IMG/VR virus record: IMGVR_UViG_3300028797_000098
Coordinates: 1-38,320 of that record
Strand: one strand, 5' to 3'
From: a virus
Lineage: Duplodnaviria; Heunggongvirae; Uroviricota; Caudoviricetes
Length of the DNA stretch: 38,320 bases
In this document: piece by piece, positions 24,953-33,869 of the stretch
Layout: every line of letters begins with the position of its first letter
Position numbering within the stretch: the first letter of the stretch is position 1
Position numbers and translations under genes: made by a program
Notes under the pieces: generated by a model
Told to the model about the DNA's origin: nothing
Database searches by the model: none
Seen by the model: only the letters and a program-made list of their open reading frames with translations

Positions 24953-25683
24953 TGGAAACGTCAGAACTCTGGGATCATAGTGCGAAGCTCATTTCGTTCG
25001 TCAATGATGGTGGTGAAATCAGGACGGATATCAACATGCCTGAACTCACCAAGAAATGGGACTGGCGAAAGAAGTCCGATTGCTACCATATGCCGACTTA
25101 CAGTTCCGAAGAAAGGCTTCTGGAATCAATCGGCATCAATATTGATGAAGAAAACATCTGTATTGAAAGAAAGATAACTCCGGGTGCATATCGATATGGC
25201 GCCGTCGATGGTATCTATACCGTGTATTTCAGGACCAATTACAAGAAATACAAGGTTGCTGAATATGTCAAGGCAGCTGGCCGTCCGTTGTATTACCTGA
25301 CGAGCCTTTGGCGACTGTCTATTGGCACTAATGTATATCGCCCGACATGGACTTCGTCCTTGGAAACTAAGGTTTACATCCAGTCTACCCAGCTTATGGA
25401 CCTTACCGACATGGGGTATCGCCGTCTGTTCTGTTCGAGCAAGGATTGCGACAACCGTGACAAGGTCCGTAAATCTAGGATACCTGGACGATATGATAAA
25501 GGGACCCGTAGATTTAACAGGTTCCTTAAATATACCCGCCTTGCGGTAGTTATAATGATGTATCGTGAGGAAGCGTTAAGCAAATGCGAACGCGGCGATG
25601 TTCCACAGGTTGATAGGGAACTGTACAAGTTCTGGAGAAAGTGCCGTCGGTTCATCAACGGAACCTTGCCCATGTATCTCTAA
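24952..25683 (+). CDS. Hypothetical protein
   Basis: 243-aa ORF coupled to the iscB stop (TAATG). Confidence 0.7.
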   Translation: METSELWDHSAKLISFVNDGGEIRTDINMPELTKKWDWRKKSDCYHMPTYSSEERLLESIGINIDEENICIERKITPGAYRYGAVDGIYTVYFRTNYKKYKVAEYVKAAGRPLYYLTSLWRLSIGTNVYRPTWTSSLETKVYIQSTQLMDLTDMGYRRLFCSSKDCDNRDKVRKSRIPGRYDKGTRRFNRFLKYTRLAVVIMMYREEALSKCERGDVPQVDRELYKFWRKCRRFINGTLPMYL

Positions 25684-25970
25684 GCCGGGGTTCCGCCAAA
25701 TGGGACGAATAGGTGGATGAAGAATCTCTGGTTACATTCGGGGCATCGCAAGTACATTCCGCGAATGGTGTCTTCCAACTGTGGCTGGTGTTCGCGAATG
25801 CGGATATCGCAATAGGGGCATTTGACGCTCTCTATTGCCGGTTCCAGCTGTTTTAGCTCGCTGAACAGCAAGTCGATGGTTCCATCATCCTGTATTCGCA
25901 CCAGAATATTCGGATTTTGGTGCATGAGAGTGATGTACTCGGCTAGCTTCTGGGGGTCCTTTATTTCCAT
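25680..25970 (-). CDS. Small zinc-ribbon protein
   Basis: CPYC...CPEC; start re-assigned to ATG 25970 (MEIKDPQK). Confidence 0.65.
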   Translation of the reverse strand: MEIKDPQKLAEYITLMHQNPNILVRIQDDGTIDLLFSELKQLEPAIESVKCPYCDIRIREHQPQLEDTIRGMYLRCPECNQRFFIHLFVPFGGTPA

Positions 25971-26236
25971 TTTGATGCCTGCAAGAATCGGGTGAATGTC
26001 CCTGTGGCCAACGCCGAGAATAGTATTGCCGGTATGTAATGGGTGAATCCGCACAGGAATACCGACATTATGGTGAGCGCGATGATGTACCACCATATTG
26101 CCCTGCCGTTCCATGATCGGTCTTCCTGATCGTAGAATTCCAAGAATTCCATGGTCGTGAAGAATTCGCGCTTGATGAAAATCCACGCAAGCTCGATGAT
26201 GTTAACATAAGGTTCATTTGGAATCCGTACTATCAT
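25961..26236 (-). CDS. Small membrane protein
   Basis: Two hydrophobic segments (AIWWYIIALTIMSVFLCGF; IPAILFSALATG). Confidence 0.6.
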   Translation of the reverse strand: MIVRIPNEPYVNIIELAWIFIKREFFTTMEFLEFYDQEDRSWNGRAIWWYIIALTIMSVFLCGFTHYIPAILFSALATGTFTRFLQASKWK

Positions 26237-26306
26237 GCCGAAAAACTATTTCAAAAATTTAACCCATCAACCACGCAAATAGCAGTTTTTTTGCTATATT
26301 TCGAAT

Positions 26307-26483
26307 ATGACAGCTTCAAAATGCATTCAACTTGTACTGTACGGCCTTATAGTGGGGTATGAAATTCCTCGCATGAAGGCTAAATTCTCGGCATTAAAAC
26401 AGCCGAAGAATACCCTTAACCCCCAGGACATGCCTGTGCTGCAATGCAACCCCGGTAAGGAACTCGAAACTATTAACACCTAA
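26307..26483 (+). CDS. 58-aa predicted leaderless ORF
   Basis: ATG 6 nt after TGCTATATT (TATATT 26295-26300); MTASKCIQLVLYGLIVGYEIPRMKAKF...; fills the gap before the AAA gene. Confidence 0.5.
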   Translation: MTASKCIQLVLYGLIVGYEIPRMKAKFSALKQPKNTLNPQDMPVLQCNPGKELETINT

Positions 26484-26500
26484 CAAGAACGGACTAATAA

Positions 26501-28162
26501 ATGTCAAACGACGTATCCCCACGCGGAAAATTTTGGGATATCCTCACGTCGATTTCCAAGGATATTCCGAGAATTTCGACTGATTTTATCACCCCAGATG
26601 GCATAGACTACAAAAAACTATTCAACCAGGTCACCCACATCAACGCGAAGAAATTGCTACCGTTGGCGACTACGGGTACCGAACTGCTGCTTACCCTCTG
26701 GGAAAACAAGCCAAAGGAATCTTTCGGGGTGCAGGCTGTTTCCGCCGCACGAAACGCAATCGCATTATATTCGGTGCTTGATGACATCTACATGAACATC
26801 ATCCCGAGCACGTCCGTGGAAAATCGTGGCGACATCCTGTTCTGGAAGGAAATTGCCAACCGGTTCAAGGTGGATATTCCCCTCTGTGACAATTATTCAA
26901 CTACGGCTTCGGGCTACCTCCCTCTTTCCGATATCCTTATCTACCTGTTGTCAAAGGTGAAGGACCATGACGCTATCACCTACCGTCCATCTGGCGATGA
27001 TTATGTATCCAAGGTGACCATTGAACGGGTAGGCTTTATTGGCGAAGACCCGATAATGAACAGTGATGGTACGATTATCACGAAGGATAATATCATCACG
27101 TTGCTTCATTGCAAGAGCTATAACAAGGCTGGCGAATTGGTTGAGGATGTGTATTACACCATTTCCTTGGATACCGAGCGCGATAGCGACAATTCAATTC
27201 CGGACCATGTGTCGATGGGCAGTACCCAGGCATCTACAGGCGGGTCGTTTGTTTCGAAGACGCTTGTTGAGCATGCCGCGTACGTGAAGGGATACGTCGA
27301 GTCGGAATACCGTACCATTGAGCATGCGATTATGGCGATTTATCGTCGTCTTGATTACCACAAGTATCATTTCTATGTGGACCAGAGCAAGATCATGGTT
27401 GCCAACAACGACAGTTTCTTTACCGGTGGTGACAATGATTGCTGGGTGCAGTCAGCTGAATTGACGCGCCTTCGCAAGGAATGCCAGCGAGTCTCCGCGT
27501 TGAATATGACCCGTTCCTATGCCCTTGTGGGTCCTCCGGGTACCGGAAAGACCGGCATGTGCGAACACTTGATGACCGAATTGTGCAATGACGGGTACAC
27601 TCTTGTGCGTTGCTCGCTTGATAAGCGCATGATGGGTACTATGCTTGGAAAGGTTCTCCTTACCACTAAAATGACATCAAAGTGCGCAATTTTGTTCGAT
27701 GACCTTGACCAGCTTGATATCAAGCGTAAGGGCAGCGACAATGTGGGCGAGTTTCTTGGTTTCTTCTCTGCACTCAATAAATCGGATGTGCCGGTAATCC
27801 TGTTCTCTACCGTAAACAACCCGAAGAACGTGAATAGCACGATTATGGGTCGCCCGGAACGAATCGATGAAGTTGTGCCTATCAATACGCCTGATGTCAA
27901 TATGACCAAGGAACTTCTGTGCCGTTATGGAAAGAAGAATGGGTATAATATTGAAGCCGATGTCTTGGAAGACGTTGCAACTGAATTGGTTGATTTGAGC
28001 GCGTCCGTTGCCGATATCAAGAACCTTACCGTAATGATGCGTGTAAAGCATGATGCGAAGGATACCTACAACTATGACGAGTTCAAGGTAGGGATCGATG
28101 CATTGAAACAATCCAGGGAAGTTGCCCGAAAGAACTTCTGTGTGGATGGCGATGAAGAATAA
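26501..28162 (+). CDS. AAA+ ATPase
   Basis: GPPGTGKT (Walker A), ILFDDLD (Walker B), STVNNP (sensor 1) and MGRPERID (second region of homology). Confidence 0.9.
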   Translation: MSNDVSPRGKFWDILTSISKDIPRISTDFITPDGIDYKKLFNQVTHINAKKLLPLATTGTELLLTLWENKPKESFGVQAVSAARNAIALYSVLDDIYMNIIPSTSVENRGDILFWKEIANRFKVDIPLCDNYSTTASGYLPLSDILIYLLSKVKDHDAITYRPSGDDYVSKVTIERVGFIGEDPIMNSDGTIITKDNIITLLHCKSYNKAGELVEDVYYTISLDTERDSDNSIPDHVSMGSTQASTGGSFVSKTLVEHAAYVKGYVESEYRTIEHAIMAIYRRLDYHKYHFYVDQSKIMVANNDSFFTGGDNDCWVQSAELTRLRKECQRVSALNMTRSYALVGPPGTGKTGMCEHLMTELCNDGYTLVRCSLDKRMMGTMLGKVLLTTKMTSKCAILFDDLDQLDIKRKGSDNVGEFLGFFSALNKSDVPVILFSTVNNPKNVNSTIMGRPERIDEVVPINTPDVNMTKELLCRYGKKNGYNIEADVLEDVATELVDLSASVADIKNLTVMMRVKHDAKDTYNYDEFKVGIDALKQSREVARKNFCVDGDEE

Positions 28163-28164
28163 CG

Positions 28165-28191
28165 AAAGGGGCCGGATGACCGGCCTCTTTT
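28165..28191. terminator. Bidirectional intrinsic terminator
   Basis: AAAGGGGCCGG-atga-CCGGCCTCTTTT between convergent genes. Confidence 0.75.
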
Positions 28192-28193
28192 AG

Positions 28194-28562
28194 TTACCAG
28201 GAAACGGTTACTTTCTTTTCAAGGTATTGGCTCTCAAATTCTCGCTGGAGTTTGTCTTTCGAACTTTCGCTGATCGATGTAATGATAGCGGGGGCCGGGT
28301 CTTCCTCAGTGACGGTAAAACCGGCATCCTTGAACATTTTCACCTGTTCATACTGACTCTTGTACATTTCATCTGCATCAAATGGTTCCTTGATTAGTAC
28401 CGCGAGTTGATCCGTGAAAAAACTGAGCTTCATGACCTTGAGTTCCATGCTGCGCTTGTTGGCAGTGAGTGCTATCTTCTTCGCTTCTTCAAGTTTGGCG
28501 TAAAAGCTGCGTTCAATAAGCGGCATGTCAGAAATTTTCTTTAATTCTTCGAATGTTACCAT
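28194..28562 (-). CDS. Hypothetical protein
   Basis: AAGGGA RBS before ATG 28562 (MVTFEELKK). Confidence 0.65.
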   Translation of the reverse strand: MVTFEELKKISDMPLIERSFYAKLEEAKKIALTANKRSMELKVMKLSFFTDQLAVLIKEPFDADEMYKSQYEQVKMFKDAGFTVTEEDPAPAIITSISESSKDKLQREFESQYLEKKVTVSW

Positions 28563-28636
28563 AAAGTGTCCCTTTATTTGATTTTCATACATAAAAACTA
28601 GTATTTTTTACTATATTTTGAAAAAACCTTAAAGAG

Positions 28637-29389
28637 GTGAATATGCAAAAAGAAGAACTGATCAAGATCCATGACCACATTGTTGGCTGGACTAGGGATT
28701 ATGTCAAGAATAGTGGTGGCAAGACTGTCATTCTTGGCATGTCTGGTGGTGCGGATTCTACAGTTGCTGGCCGTTTCGCGGTTGAAGCGGTTGGTCCGGA
28801 AAACGTCATCGGGGTCTTCATGCCGTGCGGTTACCAGCCGGATATCCAGGATGCCTATGATGCAGCGGCTGCTGCCGGAATCACTCGTACTTACGAAGTG
28901 AACATTGGCGAAGTCAATGCCCAGATGGCCAAGATTATCCCTGGCTTCAGTGGTTCTGAACAGGCTAAGCTGAATCTCCGCCCTCGTCTGCGCATGGCTA
29001 CGCTTTATGCCATTGCCCAGTCTGTAGATGAAAATGGACAGCCGATTAACGGTCGCGTGTGCTGCACCGGGAACCGCTGTGAAGCGCTCGTAGGCTATTG
29101 CACCCTATGGGGTGACTTGGCAGGTGACTTTGCTCCATTGTCTATCCTCACGAAGCGCGAGGTATGCGAACTGGGCAAGTTTATGGGTCTTCCGGAACGG
29201 CTTGTGTTCAAGGCTCCTAGCGATGGCCTTAGCGGCAAGACTGACGAAGAATCCCTTGGCATTACCTACGCCCAGATTGAAGATTACCTCGCCAACAAGC
29301 CAATTGACCCGGAAGCTGCCGCCAAGATTACTGCTATGGCCGGTCGTAACCAGTTCAAGCGCGAAATCGTCCGTATTCCACATCCGTAG
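28637..29389 (+). CDS. nadE: NH3-dependent NAD+ synthetase
   Basis: LGMSGGADS, NLRPRLRMATLY, TGNRCE...GYCTLWGD, APLSILTK and KAPSDGL; no glutaminase domain. Confidence 0.93.
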   Translation: MNMQKEELIKIHDHIVGWTRDYVKNSGGKTVILGMSGGADSTVAGRFAVEAVGPENVIGVFMPCGYQPDIQDAYDAAAAAGITRTYEVNIGEVNAQMAKIIPGFSGSEQAKLNLRPRLRMATLYAIAQSVDENGQPINGRVCCTGNRCEALVGYCTLWGDLAGDFAPLSILTKREVCELGKFMGLPERLVFKAPSDGLSGKTDEESLGITYAQIEDYLANKPIDPEAAAKITAMAGRNQFKREIVRIPHP

Positions 29390-29397
29390 GAGATGCC

Positions 29398-30168
29398 ATG
29401 CAGGAACCGTTGTACATGATCCTCAATCTGTCTAAGGAAGGACCGGATACCACCTTCTTTAAACAGCTATCCTGTGACAATATTCAATCCATTGGACTTT
29501 CTGAACATACGCATATATGGGATTTCTTGTCCTTGGTTGAGCATAGGTATGTAGGGGGTCTGTACCTTCCGGAACCTAAATTGGCCGACGATGCCGCTGG
29601 ATGGCAAAGCTTCACCAAGACCCCAACCGGATTTGCCGACACGATTTTCTGGAACGATGAAGTCGGTACCGTGTGTGGCAACGATTCTGCATACGACATG
29701 CTTGTTGATACAATCATGCCGTTTCTGTTCGGGAAGTCTGATGTGATGGCTGCCGTCCTCGGCACCGGGCGCATGGCAAAGGCAGCCGCAATGGCCCTTT
29801 ATCCCGTCTGCGTATATCTGAACCTGGTGAGTCGCGGAAAGTCCGATACTGCAATCGATATCGAGCTGGCGATAGATGCCATTGCCGAACAGGTTGGCAA
29901 GGTCACTTGCGCTGTCGAGGGTACGACATATGAGGCATTCGCGTTCGAGACGATGGATATCATTGTGAATGCCACCCCAATCCCGATGTCCGGACTTATT
30001 CCCGGATTTACCCCTAAGGCCGGTCAGCTGCTGATTGACTTGCCGGTGGACAACAATTTCAAGTTGGGTTTGTGTGCGAAGGTCATCGACCGCTGGTGTC
30101 CATCCGACCGTGCCGAACAGCTCAGGCGGCTGGGAAAGGCGATGAGAAACGAAAGTTGCCATGCATAA
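29398..30168 (+). CDS. Divergent shikimate-dehydrogenase (AroE)-like NAD(P)-binding protein
   Basis: AAVLGTGRMAKAAAMAL Rossmann motif, LVSR, DIIVNATPIPM and LLIDL; N-terminal domain highly diverged. Confidence 0.65.
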   Translation: MQEPLYMILNLSKEGPDTTFFKQLSCDNIQSIGLSEHTHIWDFLSLVEHRYVGGLYLPEPKLADDAAGWQSFTKTPTGFADTIFWNDEVGTVCGNDSAYDMLVDTIMPFLFGKSDVMAAVLGTGRMAKAAAMALYPVCVYLNLVSRGKSDTAIDIELAIDAIAEQVGKVTCAVEGTTYEAFAFETMDIIVNATPIPMSGLIPGFTPKAGQLLIDLPVDNNFKLGLCAKVIDRWCPSDRAEQLRRLGKAMRNESCHA

Positions 30169-30184
30169 GCCAAAATGCTACATT
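30155..30184 (+). promoter_or_regulatory. GTTGCCA-17-TACATT promoter, ATG 6 nt downstream
   Basis: TTGCCA 30156-30161, TACATT 30179-30184, ATG 30191. Confidence 0.65.
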
Positions 30185-30190
30185 AGGTGC

Positions 30191-30370
30191 ATGAATCGTA
30201 TCAAAAATATTGCACATGTCATCAAATTGGTTTTGCTTGGCGCCAAGCTGGCGAGAATGATTATAAACTTCAGTCATGCAAAGACCGCCATTACCTCCTC
30301 CATTTCCATGCTGCCCGCCCGAAGAACGGTACGGGATTGCCAAGATAGTCGATTACATCGACACTCCTGA
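30191..30370 (+). CDS. Possible leaderless 59-aa ORF
   Basis: MNRIKNIAHVIKLVLLGAKLAR...; overlaps the next ORF by 95 nt, so it is uncertain. Confidence 0.3.
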   Translation: MNRIKNIAHVIKLVLLGAKLARMIINFSHAKTAITSSISMLPARRTVRDCQDSRLHRHS

Positions 30371-30575
30371 TGGAACTGGACGGCTCGTTCTATACGCGGA
30401 CGGTACGCGTGGGTACATAGCCAACGGATTTATCCCGGATGGCTTTGACATTCCGAACAATGGGCCTCGATATTCCCAGTTTTCCAGTGGCGCCAGGGGT
30501 GACATTTCTGGAAGCGAGGGTATGGATGCGCCAAATTTCTGGTTTAATAACTCGGACAATGGTGCGAGTTTTTAG
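30276..30575 (+). CDS. Small Pro/Gly-rich hypothetical protein
   Basis: ATG 6 nt after TATAAACT (30262-30269). Confidence 0.55.
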   Translation: MQRPPLPPPFPCCPPEERYGIAKIVDYIDTPDGTGRLVLYADGTRGYIANGFIPDGFDIPNNGPRYSQFSSGARGDISGSEGMDAPNFWFNNSDNGASF

Positions 30576-30640
30576 TGTTTGTAATAATTTTAATAAAAAT
30601 ATTGCTATATTTACAATATAGCCAAGGAAGAGTTTTTATT

Positions 30641-30919
30641 ATGGCAGATCTTAAAGAGAGTTTACCTGAGGATTTCCGCGACGGCTATGTCGTGGTCCCA
30701 GATTTCAAGTCAACCATACCTGGAATTACGACCGTAATCCGTGGTGACATGACAGACGAGGAATGGAATACCTGGTTAAGGGTATCCCGCATGCGTGATA
30801 TCAAGCGAATGCTTGTGAAGGAAAGCGGCAAGGCCGGTCTTTCTCTTAAAATCTACAAGTACCTTAGCGACAAGGGGATTGCAGCATGTCGAATTGGAAT
30901 GGAACGGCCTATCATTTAA
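30641..30919 (+). CDS. Hypothetical protein
   Basis: AAGGAAG RBS and an upstream TGCTATATT; starts MADLKESL. Confidence 0.65.
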   Translation: MADLKESLPEDFRDGYVVVPDFKSTIPGITTVIRGDMTDEEWNTWLRVSRMRDIKRMLVKESGKAGLSLKIYKYLSDKGIAACRIGMERPII

Positions 30920-31713
30920 GTGAACAAGATATTGCAACTGCATTCAATGCGATTTGCAATTCCGATTTGGTACAGGTTCGGCGGGACCACTTGGCCCGTC
31001 TGGCTATGGAAACGCGGGTTGAACTTAGGGACAGCCTCTCGGTAAATGCTTGTGCATCCCGGATGACCGAGGAAGAAATCAAGGAACAGATTCCAGCCGA
31101 TCCCGAAAAGGCAAAGAATTTCATTCCACAAAAGTACCGGGTGGTGGTATTCCAGGGCATGCTTGACTGGATAAGCGCATTGGCGGTGGTTATTGCGATT
31201 CTTGACCGCACCGGAAGCACGCGAAAAGCTCGTGTCATGTTGAAATGGATGCGCAAGTCAGCCATAATGGGCTGTGTCGGAACGGATTTCTTGCTCAGAC
31301 TGTGGGACAAGTTCCATCTGGATGAAGACAGTGTGCAGGAAGAAGTTTCTCGGATGTACGCGAAGACGATTCTCATGTCGGTCATAGCCCATGAATGCGG
31401 CCATGTCTGCCTCGGACATGCACCGTATGAAGGACAGGATATGAATCTCAGCATATCCCGCAATGACGAGCGCCAGGCTGATTCCTGGGCATCCGCTGTC
31501 CTTCAGTCGTGCTGTCTAGGTGCGCAGGGTGCTGTCGCCTCGGTGATGAACATTATTGGATTGATGTGGGCACACGAAATTTCGGAAAAGGAACTTCGGT
31601 TTAGCTCCCACCCGATGCACATGGAACGGCTTGATGGGGTACTCCAGACGTTTGATGCATTGTTTACGGTGTCGCATATTTCCAAGAAACAGCTGCTGGA
31701 GCTTGTGCCATGA
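30886..31713 (+). CDS. Zinc metallopeptidase (M48/U49-like)
   Basis: IAHECGHVCLGH (HExxH), ERQADSWA and SHPMHMERL. Confidence 0.85.
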   Translation: MSNWNGTAYHLSEQDIATAFNAICNSDLVQVRRDHLARLAMETRVELRDSLSVNACASRMTEEEIKEQIPADPEKAKNFIPQKYRVVVFQGMLDWISALAVVIAILDRTGSTRKARVMLKWMRKSAIMGCVGTDFLLRLWDKFHLDEDSVQEEVSRMYAKTILMSVIAHECGHVCLGHAPYEGQDMNLSISRNDERQADSWASAVLQSCCLGAQGAVASVMNIIGLMWAHEISEKELRFSSHPMHMERLDGVLQTFDALFTVSHISKKQLLELVP

Positions 31714-32258
31714 AGCTAGACACTGACGAAACCGAGCTTGCCGTAAAGATATCCGATTTCACTGTCCAGTACATCCTTAAGGACTTGAAATACGACATGC
31801 CTCAGCCGCAACCGACGAAACATTATTCTGCCCGCATTCGTGTACTGGTTCCATCGATTATCATCCCGTACATTCCTACGTTCATCAAGAATATTTCAGT
31901 TGCTGAAGATGCCGTAGAAGGGAAGGATACCTGCCCGTTCCCATACAACCTCCCGAAGAATGTTGCTTCGTCATGGAAAGCTTGGCTGAAGGCGGAATAT
32001 CCGGACTTCATTATCGAGGACGCACCGCCGATACCGGGTATGCCGAAGAAGAAACGCCGCAAGATGGATAGTGATGAAATTGCTGCTGCCGTTATCAGCT
32101 GTACGCTTGAGGATACCTTGAAGGACGCGCTCGAAGAGTGCTGGGATCATATACTTGGCCCAAAGTACAAGAATGCAATCCCGGTGGCTCCTCCGGGTTA
32201 CAAAGTGGCTTGCCGGTATATCCACCTATTGAAATGGACACCAGAACTACAGGAATAA
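31710..32258 (+). CDS. Hypothetical protein
   Basis: 182-aa ORF with an ATGA overlap to the upstream gene. Confidence 0.65.
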   Translation: MKLDTDETELAVKISDFTVQYILKDLKYDMPQPQPTKHYSARIRVLVPSIIIPYIPTFIKNISVAEDAVEGKDTCPFPYNLPKNVASSWKAWLKAEYPDFIIEDAPPIPGMPKKKRRKMDSDEIAAAVISCTLEDTLKDALEECWDHILGPKYKNAIPVAPPGYKVACRYIHLLKWTPELQE

Positions 32259-32259
32259 G

Positions 32260-33228
32260 ATGTTTGATTTTTTCGAAAAGACAAGCGTATTCAACAAGAT
32301 TGCTTTCGATGATGATTGGCACAGCTATACCATGAATGGCCAGAAGACGGTATCGGTTACAAAAGTGACTGGCTCCGTGGTGCCTCCGTTTATTGAACAG
32401 AAGGTTGTGCTTCAGTCTGCGTTGAAGCAGAAGGTGGATCCAGACAAGCTGCTTCTGGAATGGAAGCGCAATAACCTTATTTCCCGTGCCAAGGGGTCTG
32501 CGGTCCATAAGTTCATTGAAACTTCGCTTGCCAACAAGGTGCAGCCATATCCAAAGGATATTGTTTTCAATGAATTTAACAAGGACTTCAAGAAGTATCC
32601 TGGTCTTATGGAAATCATGCCGGGCGACCCGGTAAAGCCTTTGTATAACGGAATCATTCCGAAGGTTAAACAGTTTATTGCGGACATCGAGGGCAAGATG
32701 CACCGTGTGCGTTCCGAACTTGTCATCGGCAGTCCGAAGTACATGGTTTGCGGGATGATTGACCAGATTTTCTACAATGTCAAGTCGGGAGGGTTCGAAA
32801 TCTGGGACTGGAAGACCAATACCGAATTTGATGTGAGGTCGGATTTTCACCTGGAAGCGCCATGTAGTCACTTGGACAAATGCAAGCTTACCGAGTATTC
32901 GTTGCAACTGCACTGCTATAAGCGCATTTTTGAGGAAGAGACGGGCATTCCCATCAAGAACCTTTACCTGTGCTGGTTTAGCGAAGCGGAACCGACTTAC
33001 AAGGTGTTCAAGTGCAAGGACTTGTCCAGTGAGGCTGCTTATCTGTTGCAGAACGCACCGACGCTTATCGCGAATGCCGAAGAAAAGAAGAATCGCCTGA
33101 CCAAAGCGTTTGAAGCTGAAATATCGACACCGGAAGGAAGAAAGAAATATGGACTTACAGAAGATAGAAGCAATCAAGAAGTCGTTCTCGGAGGAACAGA
33201 AGCGGGTGTGGGAACTCCTGCTGAGTGA
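32260..33228 (+). CDS. PD-(D/E)XK exonuclease (RecB/Cas4-like phage exonuclease)
   Basis: KGSAVHKFIE, RSELVI, CGMIDQI, IWDWKTN and YSLQLHCY. Confidence 0.88.
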   Translation: MFDFFEKTSVFNKIAFDDDWHSYTMNGQKTVSVTKVTGSVVPPFIEQKVVLQSALKQKVDPDKLLLEWKRNNLISRAKGSAVHKFIETSLANKVQPYPKDIVFNEFNKDFKKYPGLMEIMPGDPVKPLYNGIIPKVKQFIADIEGKMHRVRSELVIGSPKYMVCGMIDQIFYNVKSGGFEIWDWKTNTEFDVRSDFHLEAPCSHLDKCKLTEYSLQLHCYKRIFEEETGIPIKNLYLCWFSEAEPTYKVFKCKDLSSEAAYLLQNAPTLIANAEEKKNRLTKAFEAEISTPEGRKKYGLTEDRSNQEVVLGGTEAGVGTPAE

Positions 33229-33442
33229 TACCAAGAAGCTTGAAGCTGAGTGGAAATCTTGCCGCAGGGTGTATGACGATGCTGCGAAGATAATTAACGA
33301 CCCTAAAATTGGTCCGGAAGTCCGCCTGTTACTTCGCAATGTGAGCGACTACTGGAATCGCAGGCGACTGGCGCTTGAACGTACACTTGAACGTGTTGGC
33401 ATGAATGACCTGCTGGTTAAGTGGAGGAGCGATGGCAAGTAA
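33149..33442 (+). CDS. Hypothetical helical protein
   Basis: MDLQKIEAIKK...; overlaps the exonuclease 3' end by 80 nt. Confidence 0.55.
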   Translation: MDLQKIEAIKKSFSEEQKRVWELLLSDTKKLEAEWKSCRRVYDDAAKIINDPKIGPEVRLLLRNVSDYWNRRRLALERTLERVGMNDLLVKWRSDGK

Positions 33443-33860
33443 GAAAGAGCTTGCTCGGTTTACAGCAGAGATTATGGATTCCGCCGTAGCTACTATCGGC
33501 GGAATTCGTTTTACTGAGGCTGCCGTTGTTTCCGTATGCGCCCAGATTATGGCAAACGGATGTACGGTAGAGGATTTGGCTGTTCCTGACCGTACCAAGA
33601 AGGGTGTTCGTATTGATGAGCCGTGGAAAGGGCATGCAATGGCCCATTCTGTGGGCGCTACCATTGACGGGACTCTTCTTAAAGTTGAGTTCTCCGTGCC
33701 GGATACACGGTACGGCAGGATACTTATGGCGACCGCCGATACAGTGGGTGGATTTGACAAGATTAGGTTCATACCGGCTGGACAGGCGAAAGCTGATAAT
33801 GATGGCGTGGTGGATGCGTTCAGGCTGTCCTATGTTACGTTTAAGAGCGACTTGAAGTAG
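33432..33860 (+). CDS. Hypothetical protein
   Basis: GGAGGAG RBS before ATG 33432 (MASKKELARF). Confidence 0.7.
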   Translation: MASKKELARFTAEIMDSAVATIGGIRFTEAAVVSVCAQIMANGCTVEDLAVPDRTKKGVRIDEPWKGHAMAHSVGATIDGTLLKVEFSVPDTRYGRILMATADTVGGFDKIRFIPAGQAKADNDGVVDAFRLSYVTFKSDLK

Positions 33861-33869
33861 TTTAGCGGT

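Noticed and set aside
32260-33228. Cas4/CRISPR system
   Set aside because: There is no Fe-S cysteine cluster, no other cas gene and no repeat-spacer array; it is an ordinary phage exonuclease.
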